From NCBI GenBank assembly GCA_951406725.2, contig OX597837.1:930001-994000 (forward strand): 64,000 bases of DNA, written 5' to 3'. The stretch's first letter is position 1, and every line of letters starts with the position of its first letter. The stretch comes from Octopus vulgaris (lineage: Eukaryota). Made by a program: the position numbers and the translations under genes. Under the pieces are notes generated by a model, which ran no database searches, had not been told where the DNA came from, and saw only the letters and a program-made list of their open reading frames with translations. Shown here one piece after another: positions 40,178-55,041 of the stretch.

Positions 40178-42885
40178 ACACACACACACACGACAAAGAA
40201 ACCTGGCCTGAAAACCGGCCTCATGAGTCCATTTTTGATTAAGGCCGAGTGGTTTGCAGAATAGAGCACCGAACGATAAGAACGCTAGCAACGACAAGGC
40301 TAGTAGCGACATTATTTTTCTTAACGCTACCACCACACAACTATTCGTCTCCTCTATTATAGATACCACATAAACACCGAACCGCTACCAAACCCTCTTC
40401 CTTCGTCTACCCACTACCGCAGTTATTCCTCTCTTCCCCCTCTCTCTCCTTCCCCCTGTCTCTCTCCAACACCATCAACTACACCAGAAATATCATCTTG
40501 CCTGTAAGCCTATTGCCAGTGTCATAATTGCAACCACACTATAACCACCACAACCATCGCCATTACAACCGTCCTTACCTCCTCCCTATCACTATCACCA
40601 CCACCACTACAAACTGAACGGAGAGAAAACCTGTACATGGATATACTTCCTGCGAGAAATAGTAACCAACTACAAATTACATGCAGTGGTGTTAGGGATT
40701 CATTAGCTAATGTGGTTGTGGCTTTGTTGAATGTGGTGGAAAAACGATGTGGTCACGGTTGGAATGCCTTTGATCATATGTCTCCTGGATCAGGACTCGC
40801 CTAGGGCTAAACAGCACTAACAACATGAACTCTTATCAAAGTAGTAATGTTACTGTAACCCCCAGAGATGCTACCACCGATACTACTTCAATAACAACAC
40901 ATTTGCTAATGGTACCATTAACACCACCACCACCACGTGTACTATCCCTTACCACCGCCAACACCTTCGCCGTCAGCAAGGCCAATCCACCGGCTCCGCC
41001 ATCGCCATACCATCAGTGTTACCACATGTATCTTGAAGACCACCACCATCATCATCATTACATCCATAACATCATCGTGACAACCACCGTCCTCGCTGCA
41101 TCATCTATAATCACCACCAGCACCATCACTGCAGCAACCACCACCACTGCTAGCGCCTTCGCCACCACCACCACTACCTAGCACCACCGCCTACGCTGTC
41201 GGTACCAGCACCTCCACTACAACCGCTACCATCTCCACCATAACCACCATCTCTACCGCCCACAACACCAGCATCAGCACCAGCGTCAACATCGTCTCCA
41301 TCATCGCCGTAACTCCTCCACCATCACCACCAACTACTCCATCTTCACATCCACCACCATCATACACTCACCCCGCAATAACCGCCCCCTCCGCTTTACA
41401 ATTTCATAAAATTCATAAAACCTTTTATTCTTATCTTTTACTCCCTAAAAAACAAGCAAACCCCTTTCCTTTCCCCTTATATTTCTAAAACCCTTCTTGT
41501 CCTTTATAATTTAAATTGAAGTAAGGCAGAAGCAGACCCCACTTTTTTTTTTATTTTTGAAGAGGTTCGTTTTCCCTGTTATTTTGTTTTGTTCTTCTAG
41601 CTTGTGTCCCTGGTCCCCTTTAATCTACGCCCCACCACCACCTCCGCCCCTCCCACCAAACCTACACGCTCCACAGACACCCCCTCCTCTGCCGCACCAC
41701 CGCCACTACCACCATCTCCTTCCCCTTCCTCCCCCACCAAATCCCTGTGACACACGCACGCATTACTAATCCTTCAAGATTTATCTCTTCACCTTTATGT
41801 GGAATTTTACATTTTGGTGAGCACGACAGGGGATGGGGAGGTAGGGGTGGGGGGAACAGAAACTAGAAGGACGGGGGTAGATCCTTAAAACACCCTGCTG
41901 CATCCACCACTCTACGTAGTGGCCCGATCAGCTAGAAATAACAGCCAAATCATATCCTTTTTGTCTATTTTGGAAAAGAAAACAGAAGATCGAGATTAAA
42001 TCAAGTTAGCTAACAGTTCCTTGGGTTTGTTCTTGCACCACGGACAAAAAAAATGTGACTGAAGACAGGACGGTCACCACGTTTGGAATGTCTTTGATCA
42101 TAGATCTACTCGGGCAGACTGACCTAGGGCTAAACAACAAGACAAAAGTACTGTCTTTCGACGCGTGTGACTGGAGTCAGTCGGGTGTATTTTAGACTAT
42201 AAAAGAATAATAATAATAATAACAACGATAAATTAAATAAATGAATAAAAATTAGGGGTCGCAACGCATATCAGTCACGCTTTTTCTTGATCTCATGAAA
42301 TAATGTGAATCCCTTTCTTTTTTACAAAGGGAAGGGGGGAGGGGAAAGGCAGGCCGGGGAGTGTGTTCGAAGAATGGAGGGTATGTTAAGTGGCGTCGGT
42401 GATGGTGGCTGTGCTGAGTTAAATACAAGCGTATTGGTGCTGGTTTTTGTTTTGTCTTGGCCCTAGATCAACACTGAGTGAGTAGGCTTATAATCAAAAA
42501 ACTTTCCAGCTTGGACCATCCTGCCTCAACCCTCTGTTCTTCTTTATATTTTAGATGTTTAGTTCAAAATGTATATGGAATACATCATCCATTAGAAATG
42601 TCCTTCTTCCCTAATAGCGTAGGGTGTGACGTGTTTCTTGTGGAAAATATGTGTGTGTGTGTGTGTGCATAATGTATATATTTCTCCAGACTTGTACGTT
42701 TATATGCATGTATGTGTACATCTGTATGTGTGTGTATGTATACACACAAACATAGACGCAGACACTTTAGAATAGGGCTAAGTCTTTTTATTGCCTCTGC
42801 GCTAACGTGCACTCCCGCCCATGTACTCGCCACACACATACGTGTATACTTATATAAATGCATATACATGTTTAAACATACACAC

Positions 42886-43010
<125 letters not shown>

Positions 43011-43536
43011 TGAATATTTTGTGCCAGTGTGTGTGTGTGAATGTAAACTAAGTACGCAAGCACGAACTCAGACATGCATAGCAAATAGAAGTCATCTTCC
43101 GAAGTCTTACTATCGCCTCCAATATACACCCGCCCACACACACAACCATGTACGCACGTACAAACACACGCACTTGCATTCATTTCGGTGCTTGTTGTTT
43201 TCACACACATACACACACACTAGCGAGCAGTCACGCCTCTTCCACCCGATACATTGATGTGAAAGAAGCGAAGCTTAAACTTTTTTCTGTAGAATTTTTC
43301 CTTTTGTAAGGAATAATTTCTTGAATAATTTCCTTTGTTTTTTTAGTTCCTGCTACTATTATTGTTGTTGTTGCTATTGTCATGTCACTTGTGTTGCCAA
43401 TGCCTTCTGGGAAACACATGAACGTCACGAATTTGCATTGCGCTTCTGCTAAACACGAAGACACGATTAGATCTTGGTTCGATGTGATAACTTTACCATT
43501 AACCATTATTCTGTTTCTTCTTCTTACTATTATTAT

Positions 43537-44850
43537 GAAGACGGTGAGCTAGTAGAATCGTTAGCACGCCGGGCAAAATGCTTAGTGGTATTTCGCCCAT
43601 CGCTACGTTCTTGGATCAAATTCCGCCGAGGTCGACTTTGCCTTACATCCTTTCGGGGTCGATAAATTAAGTACTAGTTACGCACTGGGGTCGATATAAT
43701 CGACTTGTCTCCTTCCCCCAAATTTCAGGCCTTCTGCCTTTAGTAGAAAGGATTATTGTTTTAAAGTGCGGTTGTTTGGTAGGAATCGATAAAATATCGG
43801 ACACAATGCCTTGTGGGTCTTTAGTTGCTGAAAATTACATTCTGGTTTCAAATCTTCCTCCCAACGTCGACTTCACCTTTTATCCCCACGGGTAAAATAG
43901 AGTACCAGTTTAGAACTGGGGTCCCTATAATCACCTCAGTCACCTCTGTCCTCTCGTAATTGCTGGCCTTGTGCAAAAACTAAAACGAATTATTAGTAGT
44001 ATGAGGAATGCAGCGAGTTGGCGGAATTGTTAACGCGTCAGACATAATGCTTTAGTGGCATTTCTTCCGGTTCTTTACGTTCTGGGTTCAAATTCCGCCT
44101 AAGTCGATAAAATAAATGCCAGTCGAGTACTGGGGTCGATGTAGTCTACTTAACTTTCTTTACAAAATTTGCCGACGCTGAGACAAAATTAGAATTATTA
44201 CCATCGATTGGAAGAAACGTTTTCAAATCTATTTTCGTCTGAAACGAAGACAATACTGCAACCACACACCGTTCTGCTGCCACACAATATGCAATCTGAT
44301 ACAAACGCACACAATTCACTGCGATATTTTGTTCCAAATCTTTATGCTATGAGTTCAAATCACATTGAGGTCAGCATTTTCACTTTATTTTATGAGACTC
44401 GAGAAAGTAACCACTCAACATGATGGAATATATGATCAAATTCTTTGTCGGTTTTTCTTCCGGCTCTTTACGTTGTGAATTTCAACCTAACGGAGGTCAA
44501 CTTCGCCTTTCATATCTCGTGGTTGATAAAATAACATACCAGTCAAGTAGACGGATCAATAATACCGACAAGCACCTTCCCTTTAAACCTGTTGGTTTTG
44601 TTCTTAACCCTTTTTCGGTCCTTTGTTACATCTACTATTTCCCTGACACCCGAGCATCATATGATACAGACTCCCAATTCTTTGTAACCATCGAAGGAAA
44701 ACAAGGGATTATTAAAGCATTGACTTGGACAAGAAAAGGTTAAATTAGAAACAACTTTACCTTATTTCTTATCATTACGTTTTGAGTTCAAATCCTCTTG
44801 AGGTAAATTTTGCATTGTATCCTTTCGAAATCGATTTTATAGAGTACTAA
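43537..44850 (+). mobile_element. Array of about six family B SINEs of increasing decay
   Basis: Near-intact copy at 43537-43755; further ttcaa motifs near 43847, 44087, 44353, 44481 and 44787. Confidence 0.8.
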
Positions 44851-45084
44851 TAACATTATAAACTGCTCCAGCCAGGTCAAAATTATAATACAATTCTTCA
44901 CAAACCTAAATTTCAAAGTTGTCAGTCAGTGTAATGTTACACAAAATGTGGGCCGCTTTGTTACTGAAATTCTAAGGTTAAAGTCTGCGACCGAGCGAGG
45001 GCTTCTTTGAATTCCATTTTTTCGTAAGAAAGGGAAAAAAACCCATTAAAATATTCAGTACATCCTGTTCAAAAACGGCCCCAC

Positions 45085-45420
45085 GCAAATGGTCCCTATA
45101 GTCTCGACCAAAGCCTTGTGAGTGGATTTGGTAGAAGGAAGTAGGGTAAAGTCAGTCATACACACACACATTGTATGTGTGTGTGTGTGTGTGTGCCTTT
45201 GTATCTGTGTGTGTGTGTGTGCCTTTGTATCTGTGTTTGTCCTCTCCCCAACACCACTTCACAACCGATGTTGATGTGTTTACATCCCCGTAACTGAGAA
45301 TTTCAGCAAAGGGGTCCGATAGAATAGTGCCTTGTTTATATGTACTGGGGTCGATTCATTCGTCTACAATGAAAGTTGTGCCCCAGCGTGGCCACAGTCT
45401 AATGATTTAAAAGGTAAACA
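45085..45420 (+). mobile_element. SINE family A, 5'-truncated
   Basis: cgaccaaagccttgtgagtggatttggtaga..acaaccgatgttgatgtgtttacatccccgtaact..tactggggtcgattcattcg. Confidence 0.75.
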
Positions 45421-45796
45421 ATGTATAGAGAGAAAAAGAGAAAGATAGAGAGAGAGAGAGAAAGAAAGAAAGAAAGAATATACAAGGCTGATTAATTCGG
45501 TAAATTCGCTTATGGAATTCGAACGTCAAATCTGCTGTTTACGCTGTCCTCGCGCACGGACGCGTTGACGTGATATTCAATATCGGTTTTTGACGGAGAG
45601 CTAAGTACCGGAAGTGTAAAAGTATATTGATCAGCGTTTTTGTTCTGTGTTCGTAAGCAACCAGTAGAACTGGAGGAAGTTGAAGTCCAATTACGCATGC
45701 TCATTATCGAACTTGTCACAAGGAATTTAATGAATCGTCGTTTATATAACGTACCCCGAACCATACAAACACATGCGTACACACACACATACGCAA

Positions 45797-45830
<34 letters not shown>

Positions 45831-46087
45831 TCACAATTATACTCGTCTTGTGTGGGAGTGTGTCTGGCTACGTAGGCAGCGCGTGCGTGTTTGTATATAC
45901 ACATAGGTATATACGTGTGCACCTCTGGTTGCATATACCACTGTGTGCATACACACACATTTATGTATATATATATATGTGTATGTATATATATATATAT
46001 ATATATATATACATACACATATATGTATATATATGTATATATGTGTGTGTGTATATATACGCATACACACATTCATGTGTATAAATG

Positions 46088-46213
46088 TGTTTGTGTGTGT
46101 GTTTGCACATAAATGTACATATGTAAGAATGTATACACGTAACCGTGTATAAGAAGTTATACGCATAGATCTATGTGTATATATTCATATATGTGTTCGC
46201 ACATATGCAAGCA

Positions 46214-46246
<33 letters not shown>

Positions 46247-46389
46247 TACGTATACACACAAGTAGGAATTACACTCAAGTGTACATATAAAACAGCCCTA
46301 CGCATATTGAATATAGAAAGTTTGCGTGTAAACATTCAAACACGATGAAACCTCCTTAGACACAACACGCGCTTGCGCGCACACACGCT

Positions 46390-46443
<54 letters not shown>

Positions 46444-46700
46444 GTCTTCCGTCTAACTCTCTTGCTAAGGCTAGTTTTAATTAGCTACAAGGAAAATAAT
46501 TGGAAATAATTGGGGATAGGTGGTACGGTGGTTTGGAATCGAGAAAGATTGTGTGTGTATATATATATATATATTGCTTGCATATGTGCGAACACATATA
46601 TGAATATATACACATAGATCTATGCGTATAACTTCTTATACACGGTTACGTGTATACATTCTTACATATGTGCATTTATGTGCAAACACACACACAAACA
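46088..46700. repeat. ~143-bp near-perfect inverted duplication with ~327-bp spacer
   Basis: 46088-46230 is the reverse complement of 46558-46700 with one mismatch. The ORF track shows the same peptide MRITSYTRLRVYILTYVHLCANTHTN on both strands. Confidence 0.95.
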
Positions 46701-47012
46701 TACATATATCTATACCTAATCACATAGATACGCAGGTACACACACAAACACTCACCTGTATACTTACATGTCTATATGCATACACGCGCAAACACACATA
46801 CATTGGCTTGGGCAGTTTATAGAAATATCATCGTGCGTACATATATAAATGTGTGCGTGTGTGTATGTAAATATATATGTACATACCTGCAACTGTGTAT
46901 ATATAATTATATATACATACAAACAAACGATATGTTATATGCATATATTCGATATGTATTTAGTATATATGGATAAGTTCACAATATATACATAATATAT
47001 GTATGTATGTGG

Positions 47013-47062
<50 letters not shown>

Positions 47063-47494
47063 CACACATGTCAGCATACATGTGTATAGGGGTATCTGTA
47101 TATACATGTATGTGTATATATATATATATATATATATACGTATCAGCATATATATATGTGTGTGTATATATGTATCAGTATATGTGTGTATATGCAGTTA
47201 TGCACGTGTAACTATTGCCATAAATCATAGCATCATAAATAAGCAATGAAAATCCAGTGGCGATGCACTGATTTAACAATCAATTAGATGTTTGCTTCTG
47301 GGTCTAATTGGCCTATTGAACAGGATGAAGGCAAGACTCAGGTAAGCTGCAGGCGACTCGACGACCAGCAATGGCTTCGGTTCCTCTCTTGCAAAAAATC
47401 CACTTCGCTTGAGAAATATTTGACTGTAACAGGATGAGCCATTCTCCTGATTTATTTCAATGATAGTTATCCGTGTATATGTATGCAATATATG

Positions 47495-47539
<45 letters not shown>

Positions 47540-47761
47540 AACATACATGTATGCACATATGCGTATATGTATATACGTTCGTACACGTACGTGTGTGTGT
47601 GTGAGTCCAGAAACACATTCATATACACATATGGATACCGAAATGTGTATCTGGATATTTGCGTATATATACGCATATACACACGTATATAAATATATGT
47701 ATACATGTAATAATGTAAGATATATAAGTATAAACACATGTGTGTACATATTTTTGTAATT

Positions 47762-48086
47762 TTCTTTTACTTGTTTCAGTAATTACAAATCGACCCAGGA
47801 CTTATTGTTTAGTACTTATTCTATCGCTTTATTTTGACGAACTGTAAAGTTACGGGGGTGGTAAACACACCAATATCGGTTAAGCAATGATGGGGGGACA
47901 AACACAGACATAAACACAACAAATATATACGACGGGCTTCTTTCAGTTTCCGTCTACCAAATCTACTCACAAGTCTCTGGCTGACCCGAGGCTATTGTAG
48001 AAGAAACTTGCCCAAAGTGCCACGCAGTGGTACTGAACCCGGAACCATGTGATTGGGAAGCAAGCTTCTTACCACACAGCCACTCC
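47762..48086 (-). mobile_element. SINE family A
   Basis: gacgggcttctttcagtttccgtctaccaaat..cttgcccaaagtgccacgcagtggtactgaacccggaaccatgtg..accacacagccactcc. Confidence 0.85.
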
Positions 48087-48149
48087 AGTGTATATTATAT
48101 GTGTCTATATATAGAAAGAGAGAAAGAGACACACTTACATATATGTGAG

Positions 48150-48372
48150 TGAATAGGTGTGACTTAATGGTTAGTAAAGTTGTGAGTTCGACACCCAGCA
48201 AGAATGAGTTGTACCCGTATTGCAAAGGGTCGATCTTGTCACACTCTGCGTCACATCCAATCTGGGAACGCGTGTCTGGAGTCCTCAGCCACTTGCATGT
48301 TAATTTCACGATCCACATGATTCGTTGAACGGACCGACTGGAAAACTAGTCGTCGTATACGACGGAGAGCCA
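48150..48372 (+). mobile_element. SINE family C, internally deleted
   Basis: cttaatggttag..gagttcgac; shares ctcagccacttgcatgttaatttc with the 17505-17806 copy. Confidence 0.7.
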
Positions 48373-49774
48373 ATTTTATATACATTTACCTATTACTACA
48401 TATCTACATGAGCCATATATATAATCACATATACAAATAAAAATATTTACAACGCATCATTCATATAATATGTATATATATATATATATACATAATTTTT
48501 AATGTAAATCCACTCTTTGCACTTACTTTTGTTTATCTGCCATTTCTTTTACTTCTGTAGAAGTTTATATGCATATTTGTATGCATGTAAGCGCATATAT
48601 ATGAACATAAATATATATATATATAAACATGTAAACATATATATTAAACACATCTATGCATAATTACACAAAGATATACATACGTATGCCAAACGTGGAC
48701 GCCAATTACTCCTTGTCAATCATCAGTCATTTGTAACTTCATCTTTTAATCACAGTTATGATTAGTTTCATATATTTCCTGTCTATTGATATATGGTACT
48801 CGAGATACTTGATGTAACCTTAAAAAATTGTTTCTCAACAATCAACCATGACCATATATCTTAATAACTTATAATTATAGGAAGTCCTGATGGAGCTTTC
48901 ACGTGGTCACATGATTTGCTAAGAATAATGGCCAAATCTCCCTGAAATCCCACGGACTCTTTTGAAAATTGAAAACAAAAACGTATACAGACATACATAA
49001 ATGTCATTATGTTGAGTTATAAAGCAATTTCACATTAGCGAAAATGAATTCAAAGTTTCGGCCTCCTAGACCTCCACCACCACCACCACCACACACACTT
49101 TATAAAATGTATTGAAAAATTCTTCAGTTTATTCTTCTCGAAGTATAATATACATATGTTGCGTGAAGGCATTTCTGGAATAAACTCATTTGAACATGTC
49201 TCTCTCTTTAAAAAGGCTTCTCCTGGGGATTAAACATTAGCAAATATATAATACGTAAGGGCAAAAAAAAGAGGTCCTCTATATGCTCGATGGATCTGCT
49301 AGAAAGAGAAGACAAATGTTCCCTGCATGTATATGTGCGTGTCTTTACATATTTACAGGGCTATGCAGCAGGAGATGTGGAAAATAAAATAAAATAGATT
49401 CGAATATATTTTCGCAGCGAATAAAACTGGAACAAATAAGTGATATCATATCATATCATATATAAATATATATATATATATGCATCGCTCCATAAATCAA
49501 TCAGAGAATGCAAGCCAATACTTGATAATGTAACAATAGGAAAACAAAATATATTGATTAATTTTTATTTCCTAAGAAATATTTGTCATATATATATATA
49601 TATATATATATATGCTTTTGCGAATGTATGTATGTATGCGTATATATATATATATATATATATACAGCATTTTAATGTATGTGTGGATATATATGCATAC
49701 ATACATTCCCAAAATTGTGTGTGTATATATATGTTTGTGTATGTGTATATATAACTTTGGGAATGTACGTGTGA

Positions 49775-49825
<51 letters not shown>

Positions 49826-50294
49826 GATTTCGCACATGTATGTATATGTATATAAACGCATTTGTGAATGTATACATGTATATATTCATGCAATATATAT
49901 ACACACACATATATCCATACAGTGTGTTGTGCATTTGAGTGGCATATGTTTCGTGTTTGTGAATGGCTGTGTGCATATGTGCTCGTGTTAATATACGTGT
50001 TTGTGTGTGTGTGTATGTCACTGTGTGTTTGTGTGTGACAAACATATTATGTAAGGTGCCTGTTTTGTGAATTATAAACATCCTTTTTCTTTTCTTTTTC
50101 CAAAAGCGAAACCTGAGGTCATGCTACCCTATAGAATTGATTGCATGCTTCGATGCACCGTATTTTTTGTGTCTATGTCTGCGTGTCGGTGTACATGTGT
50201 GTGTGTGTGAGAGGGAGGCTGATTCTGGTTACGGCGATAACGCATTACTCCCGTGTATATGGATTCATGAAAGCATGTGTACGTGCATATTGCT

Positions 50295-50355
50295 GCATAC
50301 TGGTGCATAGTGCTGCATCTGTATGAAGCTGAAACGTGGACAGTGAGAAAGAGTA
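50295..50355 (+). mobile_element. Tiny RTE LINE remnant
   Basis: Translates to IVLHLYEAETWTVRK, matching the RTE motif LLYG(A/C)ETWTL. Confidence 0.35.
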
Positions 50356-50497
50356 GGGGAAAGAGGGGGGAAGGAGTGTGAAATAAAAACGAAGGTGAAA
50401 AGAGGAAAAAATATGCGTGCACCGATTGTGTATGGAAGTGCCTATGCATGTGTGTATGTATATATATTTATGGGTGTGTATGTGTCTGTGTATATAT

Positions 50498-50584
<87 letters not shown>

Positions 50585-50915
50585 CGCTTGTGTGTTCGTA
50601 TTTATATATATTTATATATATGGATACATGTCTATATGAATGTGTATATATAAATATATCTGGAAGTGTATAGTTATATTTTTGTGTGAGATATATATAT
50701 ATATATGTATATATATATATTATATGTATGCATTCCTGTATGTATGTGCAGTGTTGCAGTGGTTTTAATGATAGGGTTAGACAGGAGGCATATCTCATCC
50801 ATATATGTGCATATGCATATGTGCGTGTATATTATTGCATTGACATGAGGTATTGAATGAGAAGAGTAGATAGACTAAGACAATGATAAAGAAGACGAAC
50901 ACTCACAAAAACATC

Positions 50916-50960
<45 letters not shown>

Positions 50961-51675
50961 GTATATATGTATATTTGTATATGTATATATGTATATGTAT
51001 ATATGTATGTATGTATATGAGAGAGTGAGTGGGATGGAAGGCGATTCACGTTTGTATCGAAGAGGCTTTGAACATGGAACGTTGTTGGCCCGGAAAGATA
51101 ATAATAACAACAACAACAACAATGGCTGCATGGAACAACAACAGCAACATGAACAACGAAAATAACAACAACATTAAATGCAATAGTAATAATATTGACA
51201 ACAACAATCATCAATTACAATAGCGGGAATAACAACAACAGCAATAACATTAACAATAATAATTCTTACAAGAATCATAATAATATTAATTTCATTATTG
51301 CTATTTGTGTTGTTGTTGTTTTTGTTGTTATTATTAATTAACACCACAGCAATATCACTATTTCAATGGCATCCAAGAGATAAAAGAATTTCATTGGTGC
51401 TGAAGAATACAATCAGATTTACGCACACATGCGCACGCACTCACACACGCACACATAAACACGCGCGCGCGCACACACACATTGAAAGAGGCATTCACAA
51501 TTATTAGGGAACCGCATCTGCACACAGCCATCTTCTGGGAACAGGCAAACATGTTTGTGTGATATATATATGATTACAAGCGCACACAAAGGCAGGCACA
51601 GGGACGTCAAGGATGCAGAAAGACAGGTAGCTAGACTAGACGAAGATGAGAACAAAGACACTGCAAGAGAGCCAA

Positions 51676-51727
<52 letters not shown>

Positions 51728-52089
51728 TGTGCGTGAACTAGACAGCCATAAACATTCACAGACATGGACAGATAAACTACGGGAATGTCTCCCACATGCA
51801 TATATTGCTAACAACAAACCCAAACACGCATGCATATAAACCCCCTTTGTCGCCCACGTACAATGCGACGGCCTTGACCCGCAAGAAATGACAGACAGAC
51901 AGCAAGACACGACTGACAGACAGAGCCAACCGATTTTTGATGTAAACAGGGTCTTAGCTGTCGTCAGCTCCACCCGTCCGACATGTTTTAATATAAATCT
52001 GCAGCCCCAGACAGAACGCGATCAGTCACTCGCCATGTCGATAATGGCTGACAATGACAAAGAGAGCATCAACAACGACATCAATAATG

Positions 52090-52200
52090 ATACTACTACT
52101 ACTACTACTACTACTAATAATAATAATAATAATAATAATCACAACAATAACATTGATAATAGCCATAATATCAATAACAATACTAGTTATAGTATTATTC

Positions 52201-52235
<35 letters not shown>

Positions 52236-52312
52236 TATAATAATAATAATAATAATGATAATAATAATAATAATAATAATTATAATAATAATAATAATAA
52301 TAATAATGATAA
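52090..52312. repeat. (ACT)n/(AAT)n trinucleotide tract
   Basis: Direct inspection. Confidence 0.9.
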
Positions 52313-52552
52313 TGTCGGAAAATGTGTGGGGATATGTGGAAGGGCGTTAGGCATTGGGATGGTTGGTAATCGTGGAAGGGGTGGGGAAGGTTGAGATATG
52401 TATGGAGCAATAAAGAAAGAGCGAAGAAGGAATTTGTATTCCAAAAATAAACGTAACAAAAGTCATGATGATGATAATGATGATACTAATAATAATTTTC
52501 TTTAATAATAAACATGAAAACATTAAAGTAAATAGTAATTACAAAAAGAAAT

Positions 52553-52599
<47 letters not shown>

Positions 52600-53069
52600 T
52601 AATAATAATAACAATAATAACAATAATAATAATGATAATAATAAGGTGATGGAAGACAATAAGAAGTTTAAGAGAGATGAGTAGAATATGAAAAGCGAAG
52701 CAAATCTCTAAAACTATAAACAATTCATTCTTTAGAAGAAAACAACAACAATGGTAGTAAGAGCAACAAACAAACTGGTGATCGGAAAATAGATCGATTG
52801 ACAAATAACGGGATAACATCTTAAGAACGAACGGTGTAAGGATATTGTTGATCGCCATCATAATGATCTTCGTCATCATTAATTATAAATTCTGCTTAGA
52901 ATCATCATTGTCGTCGTCGTCGTCGTCGTCGTCGTCATCGACGCTATCAACATCAGCAGCACCGTTGTCATCGTCATCGACATTATTGTCATCATTGCTA
53001 TCATCGTCGACATTGCTGTTATCACCATCATCGCCAGCTCCGCCACCATTATCATCATCAGTTCCACCA

Positions 53070-53176
<107 letters not shown>

Positions 53177-53712
53177 TGAACAGGTATTTTGTTTTATCGA
53201 CCCTGAAAGAATAAAAGACAAAACAGTTCTCAATAGGATTTGAGCTTACATCACAGAGATTCGGGACAAATACTCTGAGGTCATCTACCCACCATTCTAC
53301 CAACTCTGCCTATTCAGTTCATAGTATTCAATAACGGAGCCGGTAACTAAATTCCTCTCATCACCAGCCAATTTCTGAGCAGATCAGAGTTCCTTGTTTA
53401 CAAAACTCGTCCTAGTTCCTCTCAGCTATTCGAACTCAAATATCTTAAAAGAAATTACAGGGTGAGAGCGCTGAGCGATGATAAGAATAAACGCAATATT
53501 CGAACTGGTAATAACGTTGTACTTGACAGAAGTGTCTTCGGTGGTGGTGGTCGTGGTGGTGCTTCCGCTCCGTTGGTGTTTTCTGGTGCTTTTTACTGAG
53601 GCTTCTGTTTTAAATGTGCTGTTTAGTTTTAGTGGATACAGACTTTGTTGTTATATAAGATAAGAATTATTTGGAAATTTGCTGAGTAAAAATTGTACAA
53701 TTGTCGGACACA

Positions 53713-53770
<58 letters not shown>

Positions 53771-53862
53771 GGAACAAAAACGCAATAGAGGACAATAAAA
53801 CATTCGGACAGATAGACGATACAGTCAGGATGTTTTATTGTCCTCTATTGCGTAATTGTTCC
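53771..53862. repeat. Inverted repeat (24-bp perfect core plus 7-bp extension) next to (TA)n
   Basis: acgcaatagaggacaataaaacat (53780-53803) / atgttttattgtcctctattgcgt (53830-53853); outer pair ggaacaa/ttgttcc. Confidence 0.9.
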
Positions 53863-53911
53863 GTTTTTTATATTTGTATATACATATAGCGGCGTACGTT
53901 CACTTTTGCTC

Positions 53912-53962
<51 letters not shown>

Positions 53963-54579
53963 GTTTTCCATCCAATATGGAGACGAGTATCAACGTTCCC
54001 ATGGAATACGCTTGAAAAATTGTGAAGGATCTCTTTTGCATGAAACCATTGGTAGTGTTCGTAACCCACAACGATTATTTATCCATCAATGCAGTGTTGA
54101 GCATATATGATGTGCGTGTGTGGATAAATATAGATATTTGATCAGTCACAGACCTATCTTTTTTTTTGTTTTGGCGTTTGAACTAGTGGAACTGTGTATC
54201 TCGTCTCTCATCCATCGGGGATTTTGACGCAATAACAAATCCAGCCAAGTATTGGTTTTCTACCATATGGTTGTATAACTCTCCAGCACACACACACACA
54301 CAGACATGCCCGCACGCATGTGTACGCACACACACAGCCTCTTTCTGCCACTCTTCCTCTCCCTTTCTGTCTGTTTCTGTCTTCATCGTCGACATCGGCT
54401 TAGTCACAATCGCCATTCTTATTTTTGTCGTTTATTGAATCCTCATAAGGTTTCTGTAAAACTCGCATTCCCATCCGTGCTTCATGTTACCTGATTTTTT
54501 GGAATGTCCTTTCATTGATGCCCCTCTGGCAAATATTGGAAATCAGCGTCACTGTTATTATTGTTGTTGTTGTTGTTAT

Positions 54580-54762
54580 TAAGGCGGTGAGCTGGCAGAA
54601 TCGCTAAACACACCGGGCGAAATGCTCAGCAGCATTTTGTCCATCTTTACGTTCTCAGTTCAAATCCCACCGCGGTCGACTTTCTTTCTTTCGAGTTCGT
54701 TGTTATCGAGTTAAACTCCTCCCCCTAATTTGCTGGCCTTGTGCCAAAACCTGAAACCATTA

Positions 54763-54829
<67 letters not shown>

Positions 54830-55041
54830 GGCAGTGAGCTGGCAGAATCGTTATTGCGACGGCCGAAATCCTTAGCAGTATCTCGCCTGTCGCTACGGTC
54901 TGAGTTCAAATGCCGCCGAGGTCGACTTCAGCTTTCATCCTTTCGGGGTCGATAAAATAAGTACCAGTGAAACACTGAGGTCGATGTAATCGACTATCCC
55001 CCTCCCCCGAATTTCAGGCTTTGTGCCTATAATAGAAAGGT
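54580..55041 (+). mobile_element. Two tandem family B SINEs separated by (ATT)n
   Basis: Heads taaggcggtgagctggcagaatcg (54580) and taaggcagtgagctggcagaatcg (54827). Confidence 0.9.

Noticed and set aside
42034-42046. gcaccacggaca resembling the REST/RE1 core
   Set aside because: Incomplete motif inside a dispersed repeat, and REST is not expected in a mollusc.
50105-50152. aagc-GAAA-cct g agg-TC-atgc..gcat-gctt, a hammerhead-like three-way junction
   Set aside because: The essential CUGAnGA core is entirely missing and the stems are only 4 bp.
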